A stretch of 64,000 nucleotides of DNA, taken from assembly GCA_015680685.1 (NCBI GenBank), contig MNCI01000366.1, positions 157,203 to 221,202 on the forward strand, written 5' to 3'. This DNA comes from Gnetum montanum (taxonomy: Eukaryota; Plantae; Gnetophyta). Under the pieces are notes generated by a model. The model did not search any database. It saw only the letters and a list, made by a program, of their open reading frames with translations, and was not told the origin of the DNA. Every line of letters begins with the position of its first letter. Within the stretch, counting starts at the first letter, position 1. The translations under genes were made by a program, and so were the position numbers. This document shows, one piece after another, positions 9,848 through 21,647 of this stretch.

Positions 9848-12800
9848 TTAGTCATGTAGTTTCTTCCTAACTTAATGTGTATTAGGGGGTGCTTAGGGCC
9901 TAGGTAGCACAAGGTGGTATTCACCTATACCTTCATCATTTATGCTAAAGGGAAATTTCATCCATAGAGCTTCCTCGGAGTGGATAGTAGCCTTTTTTGG
10001 GTCTTTAGATGGGTCTACTGGACAAGGTTGACTCTTGTCCTCCATGAGCAGTGTGTCCTTAGGGAAATCTACCTCTGACCCTTGGTCTATGTCAATGTTG
10101 TTGATGGTTGGAGGGATCGAGTTGTCACCAAGTATGATCACTTCTCCACCTTCATATGGAGGGTGGATCTCTTGGTGAATTAGGTTGAACCCAGGCATCT
10201 CCTTAATGACAATAAATTTGACCATAGTCAGGAATTTCTCCCCTACCATGAAGGCTATTATGACTATTTCCTTCACGATGATGTGTAACTTATTAAAGGA
10301 CTTGAGGCATGTCATCTTTATGGCCTGGATTTGGTGAACTAGACTGAGTTTGTCAATGACTAGTACTAGGATGACATTAGTTGTTGCCCCATCATCGATG
10401 TGCACCCTATGAATCTTACATTTCCCTACATAGATGGTTATAGACATCAATGTAGTGGTGACCTAACCCTTTTCAAGGTCAACCTTGATTTCCTCATCAC
10501 AAAACACTAGAGGCATTGGACCCAATTCTTGAGGCAAAGGAGAAAGCATCATAGCATGGATGGCTTGTTCATCTACTGGGATGTCCTCTTTGATAAGAAT
10601 GGAGGCCAACATGCAAACTAGTGCTTCGCAATAAGTGGAGAAGGTCATCATCAAGTTGTAAAAGCTTAAGGTTGTAATTTTTTGTTTAAGAGCCTACTTA
10701 ACTTGTGCCAATGCATCTAGAAAGTCCTTACCTCTATCAGTTGTCTTATTAGCCTTCATCTCCTTCATGCAACCCAAAAGAAAATCTCTTGGGGAGGAGA
10801 TTTGGGCTTGTTTTATTTTTCCTACCTATGAGCCTCAATGCTCAGTTTTCAATCACTTGTAGTAGCAGCTTTGGCTAATGTGCCATAGGAACATCAAATA
10901 AGGGGATGGGCTTAAGCAAACCTAACACCATGCATTCTCTCATCATTCAGTTACCAAGGTGCTCATTTGGCCTACTAGGCTACCACCTTGACTACCTAGT
11001 GTTGTATGCAAGATGAGGCCTTGAGCAAGTAGGGCCTATTGCAATCCCCACCACCAGACTCAACAAAGGATCCATACGTTATAACACCCTAATGACAAAG
11101 GGTGTCTTGGTTGCAGTCATCACAATGTGATGTAGGGCTCTAATCACAAAGGATGTCATGGGCACCCAAGGTTGTGCTTTGATAATAAAAGGAATCCTTG
11201 GACTGGTTCACACTAAGGAGGCCCCAATGCTATTAGAGGGCACACGAACCACAAATGGCTCTCGTGCTAGTCATACATCATCATCAATGCTAATGGCATT
11301 GATGGCATAGCCTGCATCACTTGCATTGAGGGGGTCTTTGTAGACCTTCATTGATTGAACTTTTGGGTGAACTGGGTTGGTTAAATTAAGAACCAGTTGG
11401 CCTTGGTCAATCATGTGTTGTATGTCATCTTGTAAGGCCATGTAGAAGTCTATTTCATGGCTAGGAAATTGATGATAATGGTAGAACTAGTCCAACCTAA
11501 AGTGTTTTGGGACCAAAGGCTCATTTGGTGTAGCTACTAATAGGTTTCTAAGGAGCTTGCAATAGTAATCATGACACTTGCAAGCATCTTTAGACATTTT
11601 CTTATACTAGATGTGTCCAGCACTAAGTAGCTAACCCAAAATTTCTGACAAATTGATGGGCAATGGTGTATACTTTGAGTGGTTCTTGCACTTAAATTTT
11701 GGCCTTGGGATAGCTTTCCCTACAACCATCAATGATATAGGTTGGTTGGTCACTACAGTGCCAGAGCTAGTTGCCTTGTTGTTGGCCAGGAGCTTAGTTT
11801 CCTTAGTCATTGGTTTGGTGTTATTTGACTTGGTCTCATTGGCCACCACTGCAATGGTTGTTGCTGCCTTACCCTTCTCCTTGTCTTTCTTCATGTGTGC
11901 ATTCTTGTAAGCCATGTAGGCTAGATCCTTACTAACTTCTATCACATCCTAAATGCTCTTCATTTGAGCAAATTCTTAGCTCAGAGAGTGCAAGGAAAGA
12001 TAGTATAGCTTCAACTTAATGAAGTCATTCACTGCACCTTTGAAGATGGCCAGTAGGTGAGTTTTTGCAATAGGCTCACAAATTTTGTTAAGTGTAGTGC
12101 TCCATCATTGGATGAACTTTTGAATAGGCTTTAAGTGGCCCTACTTGATCTACATGAGTTGATCTAGGATTACCTTAGGCTTCAAGTTCTACTTGAAGTA
12201 AATGACAAATTAGCTAAGCAAATCTTCTAATGAAGATATGGAGGTCTTAGGGAGCACATGGTACCAGTCTATCACCTTGCCAATTAGGAACATGGAAAAC
12301 ATGTGAATGATTGAATGTGGCCATGCCTACATCAAAAGGCACTTAAACCAAAAAGTCACTAAATGGGCGTGAGGGTCCCCTTCACCATTATGTTTGGTGA
12401 ATTGAGAAAGTTGAATGCCAAGAGGTAAGGTCAATGATGGCACAACAGGACTAATGGGGTCATCTTGGTAGAAGTTCATAACTTGGACCGTATCAGAAGA
12501 GGTGGCCTTAAGTCATTTGACCTCTTCAATGAGTGTCTAAATGAGCTAGAATGCTTGATCTAGGCTTAGTGTGGGTGCAGCAAGCTACATTGGTTGTGTA
12601 GCCTACTATGCTATTGGCATGATCCACAGTCCCACAGTAGGCTATGCAACCATGTAGGATGCCTATTGAGTGTACTACTATAGAGGTTGTCATACATGCT
12701 GCTATTGCATCTATTGTGCTTAGGGCATGGAGGAAGGACCCCACCATGTGGTTGTGGCTTGCTCTATCATAGGGTGCACTACAAAGATAGGTGAGACATA

Positions 12801-13520
12801 CAATGCTTGACTCGTATGTGGTTGGGACATTGACACTGTGTGTACGTATGGTTGGGTTAGCATCATGGATGCTAGCATAGATGATTGCATAGACTATGCC
12901 AAAACCATGAAGGATGGAATGACAGACAATCCTACACCCTAATGCATATGTGCCTAATGGCTTGCCACAATAGACATCAACCTAGGTGGTGATAGGGGAG
13001 ATGTTGTCACCTCAAATAAGGTAGGTGGCTAAGAATATGAAGGAATGATGTTAGAGGTAAATGATAGGAAGGAAACATAGAAAGGATTCTCATTCTCTAA
13101 ATGAGCCTCAAATCCCACTTGCTCATCCTGTATGGGCTCCTCATAGTCAGTTACTATGTTATGCTCATTTGACCCACTCAATCGAATAAGTTGGTCAAGC
13201 ATTCACTAAAAGGTCTCAGTGAGGAGAATGAAATCATTAGGGAGGTACTTCCTCCCATTCCAATGTACAAGCTCATAACCTCACTTTGCATCAAACTCTT
13301 GGTAGTCTAAGGGCATGCCTACCTAGATCTTTGCACAAATGAAGTTATATTTATCTTTGTTGAGCACCATGTGCTCAAGAGATTGGTTAGGGAGCCTAAA
13401 GGATTTTCTTCCCATTAAGATGGAACCCTCAGCTCTAGGAATGTTAATTATGAATTCCCACTAAATAATTCAAATAATGAATATGCTTGAGGTAGAGTTT
13501 GAAGGCTCTTTCGGATTCAT
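9848..13520 (-). pseudogene. gag: gag-protease of B (decayed)
   Basis: Retrotrans_gag-like fragments (KHNGEGDPHAH), a Cys/His knuckle remnant and protease HIDDGATTNVI...GFNLI. Basic tail then stop at 9848-9850. Confidence 0.85.
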
Positions 13521-13928
13521 GCTACTATGAGAAAATGCAAAAGGTGTAATGCTAGAAAAGAAATGGTTAAGTATAATGATTGTTGAAAATGGCTAAGTAT
13601 AGAAATGCTAAAATGATAGCTAAGTCTAAGAGTGCTACTAAAAAATGTTTAACTCTAGTGCTACACTTGCTACGCTAGAGCTTGCTACACTCTCACACTG
13701 AGGGCAAGCTATGTTCTTCCTAGCACATAGAGTTTAGGGTCCAAGTGTGAGAGATACACTTTGTTTTCTATCCTATGGGGTTTAAAGGGAATAAAAAACA
13801 AGGACCAATCTACACCAATTGGATTGTAGACAACTACAAGCGTGTCACATCTACGCTAGTTCAAAGCTAGTAATAGAGGTGCAGAGAGCATGTGGGACTA
13901 CCACTAAATGCAGAAGGAAATGGCAAGG

Positions 13929-13945
13929 CCATCCTTCTATCATCA
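13929..13945 (-). other. Degenerate primer binding site (tRNA-Asn type) of B
   Basis: tgatgatagaaggatgg, a decayed TGGCGCTAGAAGGAGGG, lies 6 nt from the LTR end. Confidence 0.65.
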
Positions 13946-13951
13946 GAAAAC

Positions 13952-14745
13952 TATAGCGACTGAAAACATCAATGGTTGAAATGTTAAGGGGTTTGTAGGT
14001 ACACAACCTCGATCCCACCTCCATGTGAGGGCCTTTGCTAGGAAATGAAGGTGGAGTGCCCTAGACAATTTTTTCAATCAAATAGGGACTTTGTGGACTA
14101 CAACCAGGGTATCAGGTGCAACCAGAGGATGGCATGGTTAGCTGAAAATGTGAGCACTGACGATGTTCTTGGTAGTACTAAGGCTAGCTAAGCCTGGGCG
14201 TAGTGGGGTTTCTTAGCACGAGAATGGTGGTCCAAGTGTGCAAAAAATATGTAAAATAGTGAAAAATGCAAATGTGGTACTAAATGTCAAAGAGAATGCT
14301 TAAAATGCAATAGAGAAAATGCTTAAAATGCAACAAAGTTTGAGAGAAAGAAATAAAGAATGGTACCACCCTAGATATGACAAAGTTTAAGTGTAGCAAT
14401 TACAATTGGGCTTTGAGGAGGTATGCGATGTATAGACAAGGATAGTAGCAGTGTAGCCAAAGTCTTTGGGGTGTTCTAGGATGAAGACTGATGTCCGTTG
14501 TAAAGTTTGTGCCTACTAGGTTGGCTGCCATAATGTCTTGCAGGTTTGTGGTGTGCTACAGTGCTAAGTGGGATGCAAAGGTGTTGCCAAGGTGCTAATA
14601 CACTCTAGTGTATGGGGTGCTCAAGGTACCTTAGGTGCCAAGTAATGCTCTAAAATGCCAACTACTACTTGGATTTGCTAGCCAAATGCTTCAAATGCCC
14701 ACTACTAGAATGAATTGACAACCCCTACAGTGTGGAATGTGGGGG
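13952..14745 (-). repeat. 5' LTR of B (R/U5 part; split by C)
   Basis: Homologous to D LTR 42933-43660 and E LTR 7900-8756. Confidence 0.8.
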
Positions 14746-15989
14746 TGTAACGACAAAAAACATATATCACTGGAAATACCAAGCGAAGTCCTGTGTACAT
14801 AGTTCCAACCCTAGATTTGTGTGAGGGCCATGCTAGAGAAAATGAATCCAAGGTGCCCTGAACGGCCTTGTTGATCAGACAGGGACTTACTTAACTAGTA
14901 AATTTTGTAATAATCAGATCGTGAGACAACAATTTCGATGGGGAGGTATGATGTTGGTAATCTCGAAGGCAACAAGAACAATGTAAACGATTCAAAGAAA
15001 TTGTAAAGCCTATGCAAATAGGATGTGATAAATAGAATTTAGAGAATGTGTAATCCTGAGATCTAGGATTTAGCTTATAAGCAAATACGTTGAACAATGA
15101 TTGTAGATAGACTTCGGTTTAAATGAAGTGCATGCCAAGAACAAGAAAGTTATTCAGAGATGAAACAAGCAAAGGCTGATCTACCTCATTCTAGCCAATC
15201 TAGGAGCAAGGGAGTCAAACTCTAAGCAAAGGTCTCTACTAACTCAAAGTTTCCAGTTCAAAAGCTCTTGTCAGTCACCATTGATGTTCCTTTGATTGGT
15301 GATTCTCTATGGTTCTCTTACCAATCTTTGCCAAAAATTGTCAACAATTGTCAATAGCCGCCAAAAAATACTACCAACCTTGCCAACGAGAAAAAATTGC
15401 TCACGAGGAAAATTTTTTCCAACCCTTTGATTGCTATCAACTGGAGTATTTATAAGGTTAGGGTTAGGAGAGAAATGTTGTTTAGATGACATGTGTCCTG
15501 AGCCTACAAAATGTTTTTGACTTGGTGTATTGTAGCTAGAGCTTGTGGCGCTATGCTGTGTTATGCTTTGAACTGTAGTGTGTCGTAATCTTCCCTTGTT
15601 GGAGCTTCGGTAACAAACTATCCTTCGGTTACCCTGTAATACACTGGAGAGCGTATCATGGCATAAGAATCACCTACATTTAGATTTTGCTATCTCCGTT
15701 GTTGCAAGTAAATCAATTATCTGCTTGCATTACGCTACGTTATGCCACATTACGCTGCATAGCATAATGCGGTGTAACATAGCGAACCTACAAAATTGAA
15801 GTGTTGTCGTTGTGCATCCCTTGTTTCTATTCAATCTTTCTGGAGTCTATTACGCTATGCTACATAGTGTAGCATAATAGGCCTTAGGCTAAAAGAAGAC
15901 TATCTGAAATGTGCCCCTTTTGAAAATCCTTTACGTAAACTTTGAGACTTTGCTGAATCATCGAGGTCTCAAAATTTCACGGTGTTTCA
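14746..15989 (-). repeat. 3' LTR of C
   Basis: On +, tgtaacgac...cacggtgtttca, followed by the PPT complement atggcccttctttgttg. Confidence 0.92.
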
Positions 15990-17195
15990 ATGGCCCTTCT
16001 TTGTTGATGTTTAGAGGGCTTGCCCGAAAGACATTGACTAAGAACGTGAAACACCATAGAGGTAAAGACACCAACACATTCATCAGCAGCTACTTAGATG
16101 TCGCTTTATCAAACCCAGAAGTGCAAATGTTGGGGGCATAAGGAGTATAGGAGGGATCTTACAAGAGTGAAAGGGGAGGAAGGTTCGGGGAATACTCAAG
16201 CATATGAGTAGGAAGCTTTTGCAAACATGCTATAAGGCATCTTCTCGCGGGTGTTTTCCCAAGAGGTTACACTACTATACTGTATATGCGGGGCTTGCAT
16301 GGATGAGTTGTGTTACGTCTGCATGGCCTAGATGAGTTGTGTTACATCCATTTTTCCTAGCTTTACCCACTTTTTTTTTGAATATAGATGCTTTCCATGA
16401 GGTGAGTTGTGTTACGCCTATTCATGGATGGGATGATTATCATGTGCGAAAGAATGCTTGTATGCTCACATTTTGTACAAACAGGAGAAGAGACTAAAAG
16501 ATGGTTGTAAAGATAAAGGAAAGAGAAAGTGAAATAAGTTGTCTGATGGAGGGGAAAAGTTAGGGTTTGCATTCCCAAGTAATCAGGCTAGTCTAAGCAG
16601 CTACCTCAGAATGCTGTGACGCCTCACCTCCTGGTGAATACATTCTTGAACAACACTATCATAGCAAGTAACCTACAAAACATAACAGAGAATAGAAAGG
16701 AAAAGAAATCGTCCTAATCACTAGGGAGGCTATTGAAACAAGTGTCATTCGAAGTGAAAAGGAGAGTGTAGGCCATAGTGAAGGGACCTTAGCAAGAAGA
16801 AAGGGTCCCTTTGTTGATGCCATGGTTTAGGAAGTCGTTGTTAACAGCCAAATTCATCTTACCCAACTGACTGGGCAAAGAACCAATCAGATGAATCTGC
16901 TAAGCGAGAATCTAGTAGCAGTGATGGGTGGAGGCCACCGAGGCTATGGGTGACCATAGTTTCCTTGGGACCCTAAGTGGCAAAGTTGACCCTGGGAGTT
17001 GCGACTATAGAGTGGCTATCGTAGTGACATCTCTGAGGGGTCAGTAGTATGCCTTTCGGCATATCCAAGGAATTAGTAGGATGCCAGTAGGATAGTGGCA
17101 TTGCATCTATTCCAACGCCTTACCCATTCTTTCTGGTAGAGATGCAGTCCAAGAGTGATCATGCTCACTTGCTTCATGGATTGTCTATTGGTTGA

Positions 17196-17554
17196 TTCCA
17201 ATTTCAAGTCTTGGTGGACTGTTGTTGCTGGTTTTAAGTCTCAGCAGACCATGGTCCCAATTTAAAGTCTGGGCATACTGAAGCCTGCTAGTTTTACATC
17301 GTAGCGGACAGTGGAAGAGCTAGTTTATGGTCCTAGCAGACCGTGTTGTGGGTGTCAGTTTCATGTCATGACCCAAGGACAAGTCTATGTTGGTTTAACG
17401 TCTTAGCAGATGGATTCTTACCTTGCTAGTTTGATGTCATGGTGGATGGTCGAAAACTTTGCTAGTTTAGCGTTGTGGCAAATGTGTGCAAGAAATGACA
17501 ATTTTACGTCATAGCGGATGTGTACAACACTATCAGTTTTATGTCATAGCAGAC
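17196..17554 (-). repeat. Post-integrase 24-bp motif array of C (about 11 units)
   Basis: The reverse complement gives units such as gtccgctacgatgtaaaactagca and gtctgctgagacttaaaaccagca, with spacers colinear to A units 3-13. Confidence 0.88.
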
Positions 17555-17587
17555 ATGTGTTACCTTGCGTTTGAGTTGAGCCAACGT

Positions 17588-20500
17588 CTAGATGTGGTAC
17601 TCCTTCAGGTACATATGATTCACCGAGTTTGGAAGTTCGCTGTCATTGATGTCTGCTAACCTGAATGCTCCATTGCCATATGCGTTGACAACTAGGAAAG
17701 GGCCTTCCCAGCTTGTAGAGAATTTTCTCACTGGTTCATGAATGGCTTTGAGAACTAAGTCTCCTTTCTTGATTGGTCACTAATGCAGGTTGTGAGGATG
17801 CTTCTATTTTTGCCTATCTTGATATCTTTCAATGTTATCGAGCATCTAGATGTGTTTCTCCTCTATTGAGTCTAAATCCACGATCTTCGACTCGTTGTGT
17901 TGAGACTCATTTATAACCATGGAGAGGACCATCCACAGTGAGGGAACCTATAGTTCCAGGGGCAACACTACTTCAAATCTATAGACTAGGCTATAGGGTG
18001 TCCTACTGGTAGCTGTTCTGCATGTCATACGATAGGCCCATAGCACATAGAGGATTTTCTCATGTCATCATTTTTTGTTGTTGCTAAGCATCTTTTTTAG
18101 TAAATTGATGACCACCTTGTTTGTTGCCTCTCCTTGACCATTTTCTTGTGGGTAATAGGGTGAGGAAAAAGATTTCTTAATACTAAGGTTGTTGCAAAAA
18201 TATTTGGTTTTGGCACTGCTAAATTGTGGTCCATTGTCGATCACAATAGTCATGGGAAGCCCAAACCTGGTTACTATATTATCCAAGATAAAATGACAAA
18301 CCTGTTGAGATGTAATCTTTCATAGGGGAATAGCCTCGACCCACTTTGTGAAGTACTTGGTGGCTGTGATAATGAAGCTATGTCCTGCAGAAGACTTAGG
18401 TATGATGGGGCCTATGATGTCTAGTCCCCATCATTTGAATGGCCAAGTGATCTGTGTAGTATGCAATTTAGTTGGTAACATGTGTATTAGATTTGCGTAA
18501 CATTGGCATGTGTCACATGTCTTAACCTTGGTCAGGCAGTCTCATTCCATGTATGGCCAGTAATACCCTAAGCATCTGATTTTAGTGGCCATGGCTCGCG
18601 GGGCTATGTGTCCTCCACATAATCCTTCATGGACTTCGTTAACTATTCTTTGCGCTTGGTCATTATTAACGTAGGTTAGCAACACTCCATCAAAAGAGTG
18701 TCTACATAGAGTACTGTCTCCAATGATGACATATTGCCTGGCACGCTTGCCGATTGTGTCTCTTTATGCAAGTGTTAACTCGTGCAATGGTTCGCCATGC
18801 AAGAGGTAGGCTTTAATGTTATCATACCATTCTAGTATTCCTACTATGCTTAGAGAAGAGATTTGCACTACTCAAATAACAGGATTTGTGCATTTCATCA
18901 TTAAAGTAGTCTAGGTGACAAACAAATGTGGTGGCACGTTTAAAGCTAGCGTGGCTAGTGCATCGACTATAGTGTTCTTGTTACACGGCACGTGTTGGAC
19001 ATCAATCGTCATGAATTATTTTAGGAAATCTTTATCCATATTGCAATAGGGCTATAGATGCACAAATTTATAGGTGTAAACCCCTATGATTTGATTGATT
19101 ACAAGCATCAAATAACCTCAGATTGCCAGGTGTTGTACGTTGAGTTCCCTGGCTATTAGCAATCCCCTGAGGAGCCCCTCGTACTTTGCCACATTGTTCA
19201 TACAAGGAAATGCTAGGTGGTAAGCCAATGGATGAACATCTTTAGGGGAGAGCGTCATGACAGCTATGGCACTACCACCTCTAGTAGTCGAAGTTCCATC
19301 AAAGTATAACGTCGCTTTGAGACCTATCAATACAGGGCTTAAACTATGTACATGTTCATTAGGAAACTTAGGCTCTATCACGGCTTGATCTTTAACAGGT
19401 GATGTTACAAGCTGGTCAGCTATGGCTTGGCCTTTCATAGATGATTTGTCAATGTAGTGCAAGTCAAATTCCACTGTGATGGCCTTCCAATGGGCTATCC
19501 TACTGCTCTCGTATAAATTTTTTGTGACTGTATGTAGGATGTTGTTCTTGAAAATTATGTTGACTTAGCTATGGAAAAGATAGTGTCTACATTTTTTTAG
19601 TGCAAACACCAATTCCAGACAGTTACACTTTACTTCATTGTACCTTGTTTTGTACACAAATAGAGCATGACTTAGATAATAGATAGGGATTTCTGACCCA
19701 TTTTCTCTTCTTTGGCATAACAACGTAGCTATAGACACATCTGAGCTTGCTAGGTAGATGTAGAAAGGTTGATCCTTTTGTGGTTGGAAAACCATTGGCA
19801 AATGTAACAGCTCTTTCTTTAGGCTGTTAAATGCATGCTGGCAGTCTTCGGTCCATTCGAGGTTAACCCCCTTCTTGCATAGATGTTGCATGGGATGTAA
19901 CTTGTTTGTTAACTTTGAGATGAACCGCTTGATAAATTGCAACCTACCCTACAACCCACGTAGTTCTTTGAGGTTTGTAGGTGGTGCTAGGTTAACAATG
20001 GCTTTAACCTTGTTGGGGTCGACTTGGATGCCAGTCTCCAATACCACAAACCCCAACATGCGCCTGATTTTGACTCCAAATACGCATTTTCTTGGGTTGA
20101 GCCATAGGTTGTACCTGAGACATCGTTTAAGAATTAACTCTAGGTCTTCTGGGTGATCTTTTGACTTCTTAGATTTGATAGCTATGTTTTCTACGTAGTC
20201 ATTCAATCTCTCTAAAAGGTAATCACTAAAGATGTATGTCATGGCCCATTGATAAGTTTCTCTAGCATTTTTTAACCTGAAAGGCATCATGGTGTAACAG
20301 AAAGTTCCCCATGGGGTCATGAAAGTCGTAGTCAGTTGGTGTTCCGGGTTGATACGAATTTGATTATAGCCCAAAAATCCATCCATAAAGGATAGTAACG
20401 CATGGCCAGCTGTTGTATCGATAAGTTGGTCAATACTCAGCAATGGGAAGTTGTCTTTAACCATTACCTTGTTCAGATCACAGAAGTCTATACAAATGTG

Positions 20501-21067
20501 TATTCCTCCCATCTTCTTAGAGACAACTATGATGTTCAACACCTTATCTGAATAATCAACTGCGCAAATGAAACCAGCCTAATACAGCTTAGTGATTTCA
20601 TCACACACTGCCAGCACGATTTTAGGCTTAATCTTCCATGCTTTCTATCTAACCACTTTAATACTTGGGTCTAACACAATGTTGTGTTGTATTATTCATG
20701 GGTCTAAACCCGGCATGTCTTCTTATGACCATGCGAACACCGCAATGTTATCTTGGAGCACTTGAGATACATTGCTCTGCATTTTTTGATCAAGGAGGGA
20801 ACTAACCTTTAGATTTTTGCCTTCCCCTTTGCGCATAACTACAGAGACCTCATTGAGGGAATCCTCGGTCACATCACCAGCCTCCAGGTCTAGGGTTTGG
20901 GCCAAATGTTTTGGCCAGTCTAAGGATATTTCTGAGGCTGCTATGGTTATGTTGCAGGGGGAAGCATCAGTTCCTATTAGTGCAAGGTTGAGCTTTCTAA
21001 TAGTTTCCCTGTATGGGCCTCTTAGGGCTAGGGGTGCAAGTAAAGCGGCATCCATTTGCGAATTGAC
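17588..21067 (-). pseudogene. pol: pol of C: RT-RH-aRH-IN (decayed)
   Basis: ORF pieces 20723-21079, 19949-20542, 19565-19942, 19118-19474 and 18068-18286 match the A pol. Confidence 0.95.
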
Positions 21068-21647
21068 CTGAAAAACCATAAAAAATGGAGGTCATTACAT
21101 TGTTTTTGCCGATATGTTGAAATGATAGAAGGTTTTCTTGTTTTAGTGGTACGTGTTAAAGAGGCTGCTAGTTTAAGGTCTTAGCAGACCTTCATAATAT
21201 GCAGAGTTTGTAAGAAAGCAGCAAGCTTGGTTTCCTAGATGTTAGCGTAAGACTTCTGTGAACTATGATGAAAGGTGTAATGTGGCGCGTCTAGCATGTC
21301 GAAACAGCTAATTTAGAATTTTGTGCAGACCGTAGTTAATGCAACCAGATTACGAGACAATAAGCTATGTGTTAGTTTAAGGTCTTTTCAGACCGCAATC
21401 CATGCGATATCTACGAGATTAATGTTGCGATCTTCATGTTTCATGTCACACTAACATACCTGCGTTTTAGGAAATTTCTGCATTGATCGGACACGAAAAT
21501 AGTTAGTACCAATCATTTCATTTATAAATTGATGGTTCTTCCTCAAGGAAGATTGTAAACATTGCGAATTTGAATTAGGCCATAGTAGAAGGAAAGTAGA
21601 AGGAAGATGTAAGCAAAAGACTTTACAAAGGTTTTTCAATCGTAGCC

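Larger units (their letters stand above)
8757..14745 (-). mobile_element. Tat-type element B (5' LTR part, PBS, gag-PR, repeat array); interrupted on the left by E and on the right by C
   Basis: Colinear with D 38150-43660. The 5' LTR resumes after the C TSD at about 31540. Confidence 0.85.

Noticed and set aside
8757-13520. B as a non-autonomous gag-PR-only element ending in an LTR at 8756
   Set aside because: The LTR at 7633-8756 is in the opposite orientation, and 8757-8900 matches the spacer of D. B is interrupted, not naturally pol-less.
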